Source of the DNA: an uncultured Gemmatimonadota bacterium
Lineage (GTDB): Bacteria; GCA-2686955
Direction: 5' to 3'
Length of the DNA stretch: 52,343 bases
NCBI GenBank assembly: GCA_964490075.1
Contig: CAZBBK010000039.1
Span: 1 to 52,343, forward strand
In this document: one piece after another, positions 1 through 8,962 of the stretch
Numbering within the stretch: the first letter of the stretch is position 1
How the letters are laid out: each line of letters starts with the position of its first letter
Translations under genes and position numbers: made by a program
The notes under the pieces: generated by a model
The model's input: only the letters and a program-made list of their open reading frames with translations
The model's database searches: none
What the model was told of the DNA's origin: nothing

Positions 1-653
1 CAGCCGCCCGGTGTGCCGCAGCCGCCGTGCCAACTTCCCGTGCCCTCATCGAAGACGCCCTCGGAGGTGAAGAGAAACACCGGCCGGAACTTCGCCCCGA
101 GCTCGGCGACCGACTCGTCGTAGTTGTCGAGTATCGCGATGTCCTCTCTGTTGGCCAGGCCGATCTTGTTGTATGTCTTTTCGTCTCCGTAGGTCCAGCC
201 CAAGAGCGCGGGGTGATCGTCGAGCTCCTCGATCCACTCCGCGACGATGCCCGGGACCATCGGCAGTGTTGCGCATGGCCGCCCGCCGGGTAGAAGAACA
301 GCCACAGAATCACCTTTCGTGCAGAGAAAGACATCGGTGGGTGGTTGGTAGGTCACATCGAAGCGCGGGTTCTCCAGGAAGTTGATCGCCTTCGCGGGCT
401 GGACGCCCCAATCGGCGAGCGCGGAGCGCGCCAGGAACAGAATCACGGCGATCGCGAGCGCGGCTACCGCGGATCGATGCGGCCGCCTACGGTACCTGAG
501 ACCTGAGACGTCAGGTCGTCCCCCCCTTCTTGAGCTTGGGTCTTCTGAGTGTTCATCTTCTTCGGCCCGCGACCCGATCTTCGCCCCCGGCCCCCCTCCT
601 CCAGGGCCGTCTTGGTCGTGGATCGAGCGTTGGGCTCTTCCACCAGGAACCAT
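1..653 (-). CDS. Partial secreted protein (runs off left edge); possible glycoside-hydrolase-like TIM barrel
   Basis: Not in the ORF track (no stop in window). Manual translation gives an open frame with a signal-peptide-like segment (RYRRRPHRSAVAALAIAVILFLARSALA-DWGVQP) and later DDHPALLGWTYGDE, resembling HPALLGWxxxDE of clan GH-A-like enzymes. Start uncertain (in-frame ATG at 653). Confidence 0.5.
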   Translation of the reverse strand, partial: MVPGGRAQRSIHDQDGPGGGGPGAKIGSRAEEDEHSEDPSSRRGGRPDVSGLRYRRRPHRSAVAALAIAVILFLARSALADWGVQPAKAINFLENPRFDVTYQPPTDVFLCTKGDSVAVLLPGGRPCATLPMVPGIVAEWIEELDDHPALLGWTYGDEKTYNKIGLANREDIAILDNYDESVAELGAKFRPVFLFTSEGVFDEGTGSWHGGCGTPGG

Positions 654-1279
654 AGCACGAATCGAGGGCCGGACGCCCGCGGGATCGGCAGGATTTCAAG
701 GTCCCGGCAACGGCGCGACAACCCCGGAGCTCAAGGAGCCGCGGCGAGGAGGAGGCGGCGGATCAGGTCGGCGATGAACGATCGAAGCTCGGTCGGGGCG
801 ACCTCCGCGGGGAGCTGGGCATCGTCGGGGACCTCGATCTCCGACAAGAGCCACGCGATGGAAGGGTAGCGTCGTGGGAAGGGTCGGTGGGTGCCCGTCG
901 GACTCGAGACGGCGGCGGGAGCAACAGATCTGGCAGGAGCGTGATCGTAAGCTCGAGACGGCCCGGGAACTCCGCCGCCAGCGCCGGCAAGCAGTACGAC
1001 AGGAAGCAGCGTGAATCCCCTGCGCTCGAACCGACAACCTGCTGCTGCTCTGGTTCCCAATGGGGAAAGGTCTTCCTTTCCCCTCACCTACTCCACCCAA
1101 CGTCCGCGAAGCGGACACCACATCCTGCTATACTACCGACGATTCCAACATCAAACCGCAAAAAGTCATGTTCCCGCGGAACCAGTACATCTTCGCCGAC
1201 CCTGAGTCCCCGCGATCTCGTGCGCTCCGAAGAAGTCGGTGGTGGCGAAATCGACCGAGGTGCGGGGCGCGAAGCCCCC

Positions 1280-2119
1280 TCACCCCCGAATCCCCGAGCT
1301 GGCCACCCCGCGCACGAACCAACGCTGAAAGACCACGAACACCAGCAGCACCGGCGCCGCCATCATCACGCCGAAGGCGAGGATGTCGCCCCACTGCAGG
1401 GGCGGCAGGGTGTGGAAGGCGGCGATGGCGACCGGCAGCGGGCGTACGTCGTCGCCGATGGTCACCATCAAGGGCCACAAGTAGGCGCGCCACCAGGTGA
1501 GGAAGCTGAGGATCGCCACCGTCGCGAACACCGGCCGGGCGTTGGGCACGATAATGGTGAAGAAGGTGCGCAGCACCGAGGGACCGTCGAGGCGCGCCGC
1601 CTCCTCCAGCTCCTTGGGCAGACCGAGGAAGAAGCTGTAGAAGAGGTAGATCGAAAATGCGTCGGCGACAAAAGGCAGGATCTGTACCGAAAAAGTGTCG
1701 CGCAGGCCGAGCAGCGAGGCGCCGAAGAAGAGCGGCACCGCGATCGCCTCGAAGGGCACGATCAACAGCGCCAGCACCAGAGTGAAGAGCGCCCTGCGCC
1801 CGCGCCAGCGCAGGCGCGCGAAGGCGTAGGCGGCCATCGAGTTGACCAAGAGCCCCAGGGTCACGATCGAGCCGGTAATCAGCGTCGAGTTTCGCAGGTA
1901 GCGCAAGAAGTCGCTGCGGCGCAGCACGTCGGCGTAGTTCTGCATGGAGGCGCCGGCCGGGAGGAAGGCGGCCAGCGATCCGGCCTCGACCAGCACCCGC
2001 CGGTCCGCCTTCAGGCTGCCGGCCAGCATCATCACCAGCGGCGCCAGAAAGAACAGCGCCAGAACCACCAGGACCAGCGTACCCAGAGCGGTGCCGAGCA
2101 CACCGGACCGGCGTCTCAC
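1280..2119 (-). CDS. Carbohydrate ABC transporter permease (MalG-like)
   Basis: C-terminal part of ORF 1280..3127; multiple TM helices, EAA loop (ELEEAARLDG), FQRWFVRGV ending; GTG start overlaps upstream TGA (GTGA at 2116-2119). Confidence 0.93.
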   Translation of the reverse strand: MRRRSGVLGTALGTLVLVVLALFFLAPLVMMLAGSLKADRRVLVEAGSLAAFLPAGASMQNYADVLRRSDFLRYLRNSTLITGSIVTLGLLVNSMAAYAFARLRWRGRRALFTLVLALLIVPFEAIAVPLFFGASLLGLRDTFSVQILPFVADAFSIYLFYSFFLGLPKELEEAARLDGPSVLRTFFTIIVPNARPVFATVAILSFLTWWRAYLWPLMVTIGDDVRPLPVAIAAFHTLPPLQWGDILAFGVMMAAPVLLVFVVFQRWFVRGVASSGIRG

Positions 2120-3018
2120 GCCACCTCCTGGTGCGGCGCCAGGCGCCGTTGCAGCCAGGTGAGGGCCGCCACCAGCAGAAAGAAGACGACGGTCATGGCC
2201 GATGCGCGCGCCACCTGCTGCCGGACGAAGGCCGCCTGAACGATCTCGTACATCAACGTGGTGGTGGCGTGCTCGGGACCGCCGCGGGTCATGATCTGTA
2301 CCTGGTCGAAGAGCCGAAAGGCGAGAACGGTGGTGACCAAACTGACGAAGATCAAGGGATTGCGCAGCTGCGGCAGGGTTATTCGCGAAAACTGTTGCCA
2401 GCGGCCGGCGCCGTCCAGCGCCGCCGCCTCGCAGAGCTCGCGCGGGATCGCCTGCAGGCCGGCCAACAGAATCACCATCTGGAATCCCGCGCCCTGCCAG
2501 ATCGAGAGCAGCATGATCGCCGGCATGGCGAGGCGCGGATCGCGCAGGAAATCGTGTGGCTGCCAGCGTCCCAGCGTGACCAGATCGAGAAAAGTGTTCA
2601 TCATGCCATTCGGTCCCGGGGCGTAGATCAGGATCCAGATCACCGCCACCAGCGACATCGGCAGCACCACCGGCATGAAGAAGAGAGTACGAAAGAGCGC
2701 CCTGCCCTTCAGCCGGCGGTTCAGCAGCAGCGCCAGAACCAGCGCCAGGGCGGTCTGCGCCGGCACCACCACCGCGGCGAAGAGCAGGTTGTTGCCGATC
2801 GCCCGCAGGAAGGCCGGGTCGCCGAAGATGGTGCGGAACTGCTCGAAGCCGACCGCCTCCAGAGGCAGCGGCGAGCCGAGACGCAGATTGGTGAAGGCCA
2901 GTCCGAGCGCCGCCAGTGCGGGCGCCAGCACGAAGGCCGCCAGCCCGGTCAGGGCGGGCGCCGCCAGCAGCCATGCCCTGCCATCGCTGGCCCCGCCCAG
3001 CTCCCGCCGGCTGCTCAT
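2116..3018 (-). CDS. Carbohydrate ABC transporter permease (MalF-like)
   Basis: TM helices, LAGLQAIPRELCEAAALDGA EAA motif, TRGGP; ATG overlaps upstream stop (ATGA 3015-3018). Confidence 0.93.
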   Translation of the reverse strand: MSSRRELGGASDGRAWLLAAPALTGLAAFVLAPALAALGLAFTNLRLGSPLPLEAVGFEQFRTIFGDPAFLRAIGNNLLFAAVVVPAQTALALVLALLLNRRLKGRALFRTLFFMPVVLPMSLVAVIWILIYAPGPNGMMNTFLDLVTLGRWQPHDFLRDPRLAMPAIMLLSIWQGAGFQMVILLAGLQAIPRELCEAAALDGAGRWQQFSRITLPQLRNPLIFVSLVTTVLAFRLFDQVQIMTRGGPEHATTTLMYEIVQAAFVRQQVARASAMTVVFFLLVAALTWLQRRLAPHQEVA

Positions 3019-4352
3019 CGCAGCGCCTCTTCGCGGGCGCGACCGACCAGGGGATAGCCGCGGTTGTCGGCGATCTCCCGGTCGATGGCGCGGCTGGCGC
3101 CGTCCAGCGCCTCCTGCACGTCGCCACCGCCGCGGATCCGGTCGAAGGCCTTCTGGAACTCCGCCGTGATCACCGGGTAGGCCGGGGTGCGCGGGCGCGG
3201 CACCGCCCACCGGCCCTGGAGCTGGTCGGCGAAGAGGCGCAAGGGCCCGCCGGGGCGGTAGTGGGGCGAGCGGGCGACGGCCGAGCGGGTCGCGGGCACC
3301 GCGCCGTTGGTCGCGCTCATGGCGAGGATTTGCTCGGTGCGCATCAGGTAGAGCAAGAAGCGGGTGGCGGTTTCGGGATGGCGAGCGCCGGCGCTCAGCG
3401 CCCAGGTCCAGGAGCCCTGGCCGGTTCGCGTCCCGCGACCGAGATCGGGCAGTGGCAGCAGCAGCAGTTCGTCGCCCAGCTCCTCGGCGTACTCGGCGTA
3501 GTTCCAGTGTCCCCCGAAGGCCAGCGCCACCCGCCGCGCCACGAACGCCGCGCCGTCGATATTGGGATCGACCCGACCGCGCTCAATCCAACGCTGCACC
3601 CGCGCACACGCCGCCACCGCCGCCGGGCCGTTCAGGGTGCCATCGGCGCCGCCCCCGCCCGTGCGATCGACCAGGTCGCCGCCGGCCGACTGGATCAGAG
3701 GCGAGAAGGCGTAGGTGTACCACTCGCCGGCGTAGTCGAGCTTGAGATCGAGCACCGCGCCGTCCGGATCGCCGCGCGCCAACCGCTCCAGCAACGCGTC
3801 GAGCTCGGCGCCGCTCCAGGGCCGTTCCAGGGTGGGGATGCGCGCGCCGACCTCGCGCAGCCGGGCGCCGTCGGCGTAGATGCCGAGCCCAGAGTCGAAT
3901 GTGCCGACCGACCAGAGACGCCCGTGCCAGCGCCCCTGGGCGACGATCGAGGGGAGCAGATCGGCGCGCAGGCTGTCGGGCAGCAGATCGTCGAGCACCC
4001 GCAGGTGTCCCTGCCAGACGTAGGACGCGAGATAGGGGCCATCGAGCTCCAGCAGGTCGGGCAGGGCCCCGGCGACCGCCGCGGCCTGCACCTGGGCGTT
4101 GTAGGCGCCCTCCGGGATCTCGGTGAGCCGCACGCGCAGCTCGCCATGCGCGGCGTTGAAGCGCTCCACCTGCCGCCGCAGCACGACGCGCTCGCTCTCC
4201 TGCCCGGCATGGGCCCACACTTCGAGGGTGGGGACGCCGGGGGGGGCGGCGTCGTTGCCGGGGCAGCCCGCCAGCAGCAGGGCCGCCGCGAGGGGTGCCA
4301 GGCGGGAAACTCGGCACGGTCCGGGCGCTCCGGAGGCGATCGCTTTGGTCAT
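3015..4352 (-). CDS. Sugar ABC transporter substrate-binding lipoprotein
   Basis: Lipobox LLAG-C, ALPDLLELDGP motif, family-1 extracellular solute-binding layout; first gene of the permease operon. Confidence 0.92.
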   Translation of the reverse strand: MTKAIASGAPGPCRVSRLAPLAAALLLAGCPGNDAAPPGVPTLEVWAHAGQESERVVLRRQVERFNAAHGELRVRLTEIPEGAYNAQVQAAAVAGALPDLLELDGPYLASYVWQGHLRVLDDLLPDSLRADLLPSIVAQGRWHGRLWSVGTFDSGLGIYADGARLREVGARIPTLERPWSGAELDALLERLARGDPDGAVLDLKLDYAGEWYTYAFSPLIQSAGGDLVDRTGGGGADGTLNGPAAVAACARVQRWIERGRVDPNIDGAAFVARRVALAFGGHWNYAEYAEELGDELLLLPLPDLGRGTRTGQGSWTWALSAGARHPETATRFLLYLMRTEQILAMSATNGAVPATRSAVARSPHYRPGGPLRLFADQLQGRWAVPRPRTPAYPVITAEFQKAFDRIRGGGDVQEALDGASRAIDREIADNRGYPLVGRAREEALR

Positions 4353-4430
4353 GCGTGGCTTCCTCCGTGCGAAGAGGATCGCACGCCTCGCCGGCGGCCG
4401 GGGGAATGGGGGCTCAGACGGCGATCACAC

Positions 4431-4447
4431 ATCGCATATACTGCGAT
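4431..4447. promoter_or_regulatory. Palindrome ATCGCA-TATAC-TGCGAT in divergent intergenic region, possible operator/-10 element
   Basis: Perfect 6-bp inverted repeat enclosing a TATACT-like hexamer between the divergent ABC operon and the + strand genes. Confidence 0.3.
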
Positions 4448-4512
4448 CGTGAGGTCGGTCGTCATCCCATCTTGAACATCCTGGATCGGATTCGAGGATC
4501 GGGAGCCCGCAG

Positions 4513-5769
4513 ATGAAATCCTCGAGAGCGATATTGGCGTGCACGGTCCTGGCTCGCGCGGCGGCCGGCACCACTCTGCACGTCCCTGGCGACTACGGCA
4601 CGATTCAATCAGCGATCGATGTCGCTGTCGAAGGGGATACCGTGCTCGTCGAGCCGGGCACTTACGGGGGCTCCGGCAGCGGAGCGCTCGACTTCCGCGG
4701 TGTCGACCTGGTGCTGCGTTCCTCTCGCGGGGCTGAATCCACGGTGGTCGTCGCCGATGAGGACGGGCGTGTGGTCGATCTCCGGTCTGGAGAAGGCGCC
4801 GCGGCCCGGATCGAGGCGCTCACCCTTCGCGGAACCTCGGGCAGCCGGCACTCCGCTGTCTTCTGCTTCCGCTCATCGCCCACGATCGCCGATTGCGTGG
4901 TCGAGGGGGCCAACTCCGCGGCTGTCGAACTCTACGATGCCGATTCCGCTCTGCTGCGCTGCACCATCCGAGACAACGCGGGACCCGGCGTCGAGTGCGA
5001 CTACTCGAGTCCAACACTGGTCGATTGCGTCATCGCCGGCCAATACCGCTCCGGCGGTGTGCGCTCCAGGCATTCGGCGCCCTCGCTCTCGCGTTGCAGC
5101 ATCGCGGACAATCGCAACGGCGTCTCGGTCGGAGGGGGGATCTACAGCTGGAACTCGAGCACTCGAATCGCCAACTGCGTGATCTCGGGCAACTACACCG
5201 ACGACTACGCCGGAGGGCTCTATCTCACGGAATCCGACATCGACTGTCTGAATACGCTATTTACGGGCAACTCCGCCCCCTTCGGTGGTGGCGCGATCTA
5301 CACGGTCGAGACCACCGGTCGCTTCGAGAACCGCACCATCACCGGCAACGAGTCCGACCGTGGCGCGGGCATCTACGTGCGCTTCGAGCCGGTGCCGAGC
5401 ATCACCAACTGCATCTTCTGGGGCAATGACACCGGCGAGATTTTCCGAAGTCCAGGCTCCCCGCCGACCTCTTATTCCTGCGTCAGAGGCGGCTGGCCGG
5501 GCGAGGGGAATATCGACGCGGACCCCCGTTTTCGTAGCTACCAGGGCTTCGACCTCCTGCTCGGACCCCACTCTCCCGGGGTCGATGCCGGCGACCCGCG
5601 GCTCGAGGACTCGATCCACGACGCCGACTCGAGGTGGCCGTGGGATGCGTGGTACGACAATGGCCCCAGGTCGGACATGGGTGCCTTTGGCGGGGTCGGA
5701 AACAGAGCTTGGCTGCCCTATGATCCAATACGGCTTGTGCGGCAGGCAGCGGGAGTTCATGGCGAATAG
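4513..5769 (+). CDS. Secreted right-handed parallel beta-helix repeat protein
   Basis: Signal peptide, TLHVPGDYGTIQSAID start, repeated SSPTxxxCxIxxN / GGGIY units, C-terminal GNIDADPRF...RSDMGAFGG. Confidence 0.85.
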   Translation: MKSSRAILACTVLARAAAGTTLHVPGDYGTIQSAIDVAVEGDTVLVEPGTYGGSGSGALDFRGVDLVLRSSRGAESTVVVADEDGRVVDLRSGEGAAARIEALTLRGTSGSRHSAVFCFRSSPTIADCVVEGANSAAVELYDADSALLRCTIRDNAGPGVECDYSSPTLVDCVIAGQYRSGGVRSRHSAPSLSRCSIADNRNGVSVGGGIYSWNSSTRIANCVISGNYTDDYAGGLYLTESDIDCLNTLFTGNSAPFGGGAIYTVETTGRFENRTITGNESDRGAGIYVRFEPVPSITNCIFWGNDTGEIFRSPGSPPTSYSCVRGGWPGEGNIDADPRFRSYQGFDLLLGPHSPGVDAGDPRLEDSIHDADSRWPWDAWYDNGPRSDMGAFGGVGNRAWLPYDPIRLVRQAAGVHGE

Positions 5770-5838
5770 GGAGGGCAGTCGATTCGGAGCGCTCGGGGTT
5801 CGCGCAAGAATAGTCTGCGCATACGAAAGGACCCATCG

Positions 5839-6735
5839 ATGGACGATGACGCCGCCGCGCTGATCTTCGGCGAAGTGCTTTTCGACCACTTCCCGGACGG
5901 CCGCCGGGTGATGGGGGGGGCGCCCTACAACGTTGCCTGGCACCTGGGTCGGATGGGCGCGCGACCCTTTTTCGTGAGCCGGGTGGGGGACGACGCGGCG
6001 GGGGGCGCGGTGCGCCGCCACATGGAAGCTGCCGGGCTCGCCACGGCGGGGCTGCAGGTCGATGACACGCTGCCGACCGGGTCGGTCCGGGTCGACATCG
6101 AGGAGGGCGAGCCGAGCTACCAGATCCTGGCGGACCGGGCTTATGACGCGATCGATGACGCACGATCCGAGGCCGCGCTGGGCGCGCGCGCGGTGGCGCT
6201 GCTCTACCACGGCACCCTGGCCCTGCGCGATCCGCGCTCGCGCGGCGCCCTGCGGCGGCTCCAGGAGCTGACGGGAGCGCCGCGCTTCGTCGACGTCAAC
6301 CTGCGCTCGCCCTGGTGGGATGCGGCGCGGGTGCGCGAGCTGCTCGATGGCGCGCGCTGGATCAAGCTCAACGAGGACGAGCTCGACGCCCTGGCTCCCG
6401 GTGGCGCGGGCATGGCCGAGCGCGCGGCGGCGCTGCGCACCGTGCACGGAGCCGAGCTGGTGCTGGTCACCCGCGGCGCACGCGGGGCCCTGCTGGTCGG
6501 CGAAGACAGCCACGTTGCGCCCGCCCCACCAGTCCCCGATCTGGCCGACAGCGTCGGCGCCGGAGATGCTTTCAGCGCCGTGGCGATCCTCGCTTTGACG
6601 CGCGGTTGGCCCGCCGACCGGCTCCTGGCGCGCGCCGTCGACTATGCGGCCCTGATCTGCGGCGCGCGCGGCGCCCTGCCGCCCCCGGAGTTACCCCCGC
6701 GAACGTTGCGCGCCTGGCAAGGAGACGCGCGGTGA
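5839..6735 (+). CDS. PfkB-family carbohydrate kinase (probable fructokinase)
   Basis: GEVLFD, GGAPYNVA and DSVGAGDAF PfkB signatures; directly upstream of sucrose genes. Confidence 0.92.
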   Translation: MDDDAAALIFGEVLFDHFPDGRRVMGGAPYNVAWHLGRMGARPFFVSRVGDDAAGGAVRRHMEAAGLATAGLQVDDTLPTGSVRVDIEEGEPSYQILADRAYDAIDDARSEAALGARAVALLYHGTLALRDPRSRGALRRLQELTGAPRFVDVNLRSPWWDAARVRELLDGARWIKLNEDELDALAPGGAGMAERAAALRTVHGAELVLVTRGARGALLVGEDSHVAPAPPVPDLADSVGAGDAFSAVAILALTRGWPADRLLARAVDYAALICGARGALPPPELPPRTLRAWQGDAR

Positions 6736-8894
6736 GCGAGCCCGGCCTCTACATCCTGATGATCAGCGTGCACGGGCTGATGCGGGCCGGCGAGATGGAG
6801 CTCGGCCGGGACCCCGACACCGGCGGCCAGATCCGCTACGTGCTGGAGCTCGCCCGCGCTCTCTCCGAGCTCGACGAGGTCGAACGCATCGACGTCCTGA
6901 CCCGCCGCGTCCACGACTCCAAGGTCGCGTCCGACTACGCCCAACCCGAGGAGCCGATCACCGCCAAGGCCACGATTCGGCGCCTGGAGTGTGGGCCGCG
7001 ACGCTACCTGCGCAAGGAGGTGCTCTGGCCCCACCTCGACAGCTTCCTGGACCGGTCGCTCTTGCACCTGCGCGGGTTGCGCCGGGTGCCCGACCTGATC
7101 CACGCCCACTACGCCGACGCCGCCTACGTGGGAACCCAGCTCGCCGGTCTGCTCGGCGTCCCCTTCGTCTTCACCGGCCACTCCCTGGGGCGCGTCAAGC
7201 GCCGCCGCCTGCTGGCCCGCGGCCTGACGCCTGAGTCGATCGAAAAGCGTTATCGGATCGCCCAACGGATCGAAGCCGAGGAGGTGGCGCTCGACAACGC
7301 CGCCCTGGTGGTGGCCAGCTCCAGCCAGGAGGTGGAGGAGCAGTACGCGCTCTACGACCACTACAGCCAGCGCGAGATGCTGGTGCTGCCGCCGGGAGTC
7401 GACCTGTCGCGCTTCCGCCCGCCCGGCCGGCGGCGTCATCCCTATCGGATCGTCGGCGAGCTCTCGCGCTTCCTGCTCGATCCCAAGCGCCCCCTGGTGC
7501 TGGCCCTGTCCCGGGCCGATCCCCGCAAGAACCTGGGCCTCCTATTGCACGCCTTCGGCGCCAGCAAGCGGCTGCGGGCCCAGGCCAACCTGGCGCTCGT
7601 CACCGGTCAGCGCGACGATCTCCAGGAGATGGAGGCCGGGGCGCGGGGCGTCGTCGAGGAGATCATCGCCCTGGTCGACTACTACGATCTATACGGCCTC
7701 GCCGCCTACCCCAAGAACCAGGTGCCGGACGACGTGCCGGCGCTCTACCGCTTCGCTACCCGCAGCCGCGGAGTCTTCGTCAATCCGGCGCTCACCGAGC
7801 CCTTCGGCCTCACCCTGCTCGAGGCGGCCGCCAGCGGCCTGCCGGTGGTCGCCACCTCCGACGGGGGACCGCAAGAGATCATCGACCGCTGCGACAACGG
7901 CCTGTTGGTCGACGCGCTCGATCCGGCCGCCATCGAGGCGGGGATCTTCGACGCGCTCTCCGACGCGTCACGCTGGCGCCGCTGGTCGAAGAGCGGCCTG
8001 CGCAACGTGCACCGCCACTACTCCTGGCACAGCCACGCCACCCAGTATCTGCGCGCCCTGCGCCGGCTGACCCGACGGCGCTCCGCGGTGCCGGCCAAGA
8101 CCCGCCTGCCGACCGCTCGCCGCCTCCTGGTCAGCGACATCGACGGCACCCTGCTCGGCGACCGCAGGGCGCTCGCCCGCCTGCTCGCGCTGCTGAAGGA
8201 GAACGAGCAGCGCGTCGCCCTGGCGGTGGCCACCGGGCGGCGCATCGAGAGCGCGCGCAAGGTGTTGAAGGAGAATGGCGTCCCTACGCCCGACGTGTTC
8301 ATCACCGCGGTCGGAACCGAGATCCACTACGGCGCCCGACTGGCGCCCGACGCGGCCTGGGCTCGCGCCCTCGATTATGCCTGGCGTCCCGACGAGATCC
8401 GCCGTGTTCTGCGCGATCTGCCCGGCCTGCGTTCCCAGCCACAGCGCGAGCAGCGCCGTTACAAGATCAGCTACGACGTCGACCCGCGGCGCGCCCCAGC
8501 GGTGAGCGAGATCCACCGCCTGCTGCGCCGTGAAAGTCTGAAAGCCAACGTGATCTACTCCCACGGCGCCTATCTCGACGTGCTCCCGGTGCGCGCTTCC
8601 AAGGGACAGGCGCTGCGCTTCATTGCCTTGCGCTGGGGGATGTCGATGGATCGGGTGCTGGTCGCGGGCGACTCGGGCAACGACGCGGAGATGCTGCGCG
8701 GCGACTCGCTCGGCGTGGTGGTGGGGAACCATTCCAGCGAGCTCCGCGCACTTGCCGGCGAGCCCGGCGTCTACTTCGCCAAAGGCGAGTGCGCCCAGGG
8801 GATCCTGGAGGCGATCGACCACTATTCCTTCCTGGAGATGGCGCCACGCCCCGACGCGACGCGCCCGGTCCCCGCTCTCTCCTCTAAACGCTAG
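6732..8894 (+). CDS. sps: Sucrose-phosphate synthase with C-terminal HAD (SPP-like) domain
   Basis: SVHGLMR..ELGRDPDTGGQIRYV, HAHYADA, FTGHSLG, ALTEPFGLTLLEAAASG (GT-B), then LVSDIDGTL and GDSGND HAD motifs; GTG start overlaps pfkB stop. Confidence 0.95.
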   Translation: MSEPGLYILMISVHGLMRAGEMELGRDPDTGGQIRYVLELARALSELDEVERIDVLTRRVHDSKVASDYAQPEEPITAKATIRRLECGPRRYLRKEVLWPHLDSFLDRSLLHLRGLRRVPDLIHAHYADAAYVGTQLAGLLGVPFVFTGHSLGRVKRRRLLARGLTPESIEKRYRIAQRIEAEEVALDNAALVVASSSQEVEEQYALYDHYSQREMLVLPPGVDLSRFRPPGRRRHPYRIVGELSRFLLDPKRPLVLALSRADPRKNLGLLLHAFGASKRLRAQANLALVTGQRDDLQEMEAGARGVVEEIIALVDYYDLYGLAAYPKNQVPDDVPALYRFATRSRGVFVNPALTEPFGLTLLEAAASGLPVVATSDGGPQEIIDRCDNGLLVDALDPAAIEAGIFDALSDASRWRRWSKSGLRNVHRHYSWHSHATQYLRALRRLTRRRSAVPAKTRLPTARRLLVSDIDGTLLGDRRALARLLALLKENEQRVALAVATGRRIESARKVLKENGVPTPDVFITAVGTEIHYGARLAPDAAWARALDYAWRPDEIRRVLRDLPGLRSQPQREQRRYKISYDVDPRRAPAVSEIHRLLRRESLKANVIYSHGAYLDVLPVRASKGQALRFIALRWGMSMDRVLVAGDSGNDAEMLRGDSLGVVVGNHSSELRALAGEPGVYFAKGECAQGILEAIDHYSFLEMAPRPDATRPVPALSSKR

Positions 8895-8962
8895 AGTTCT
8901 AGCCGCAGATCCACCGATCTGATGGCAAGAGGCCCCAATCCCACCCGCGGGAGCGCAACACG

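Noticed and set aside
731-1087. 118-aa minus-strand ORF
   Set aside because: No recognisable motif or RBS; several competing frames, cannot support a call.
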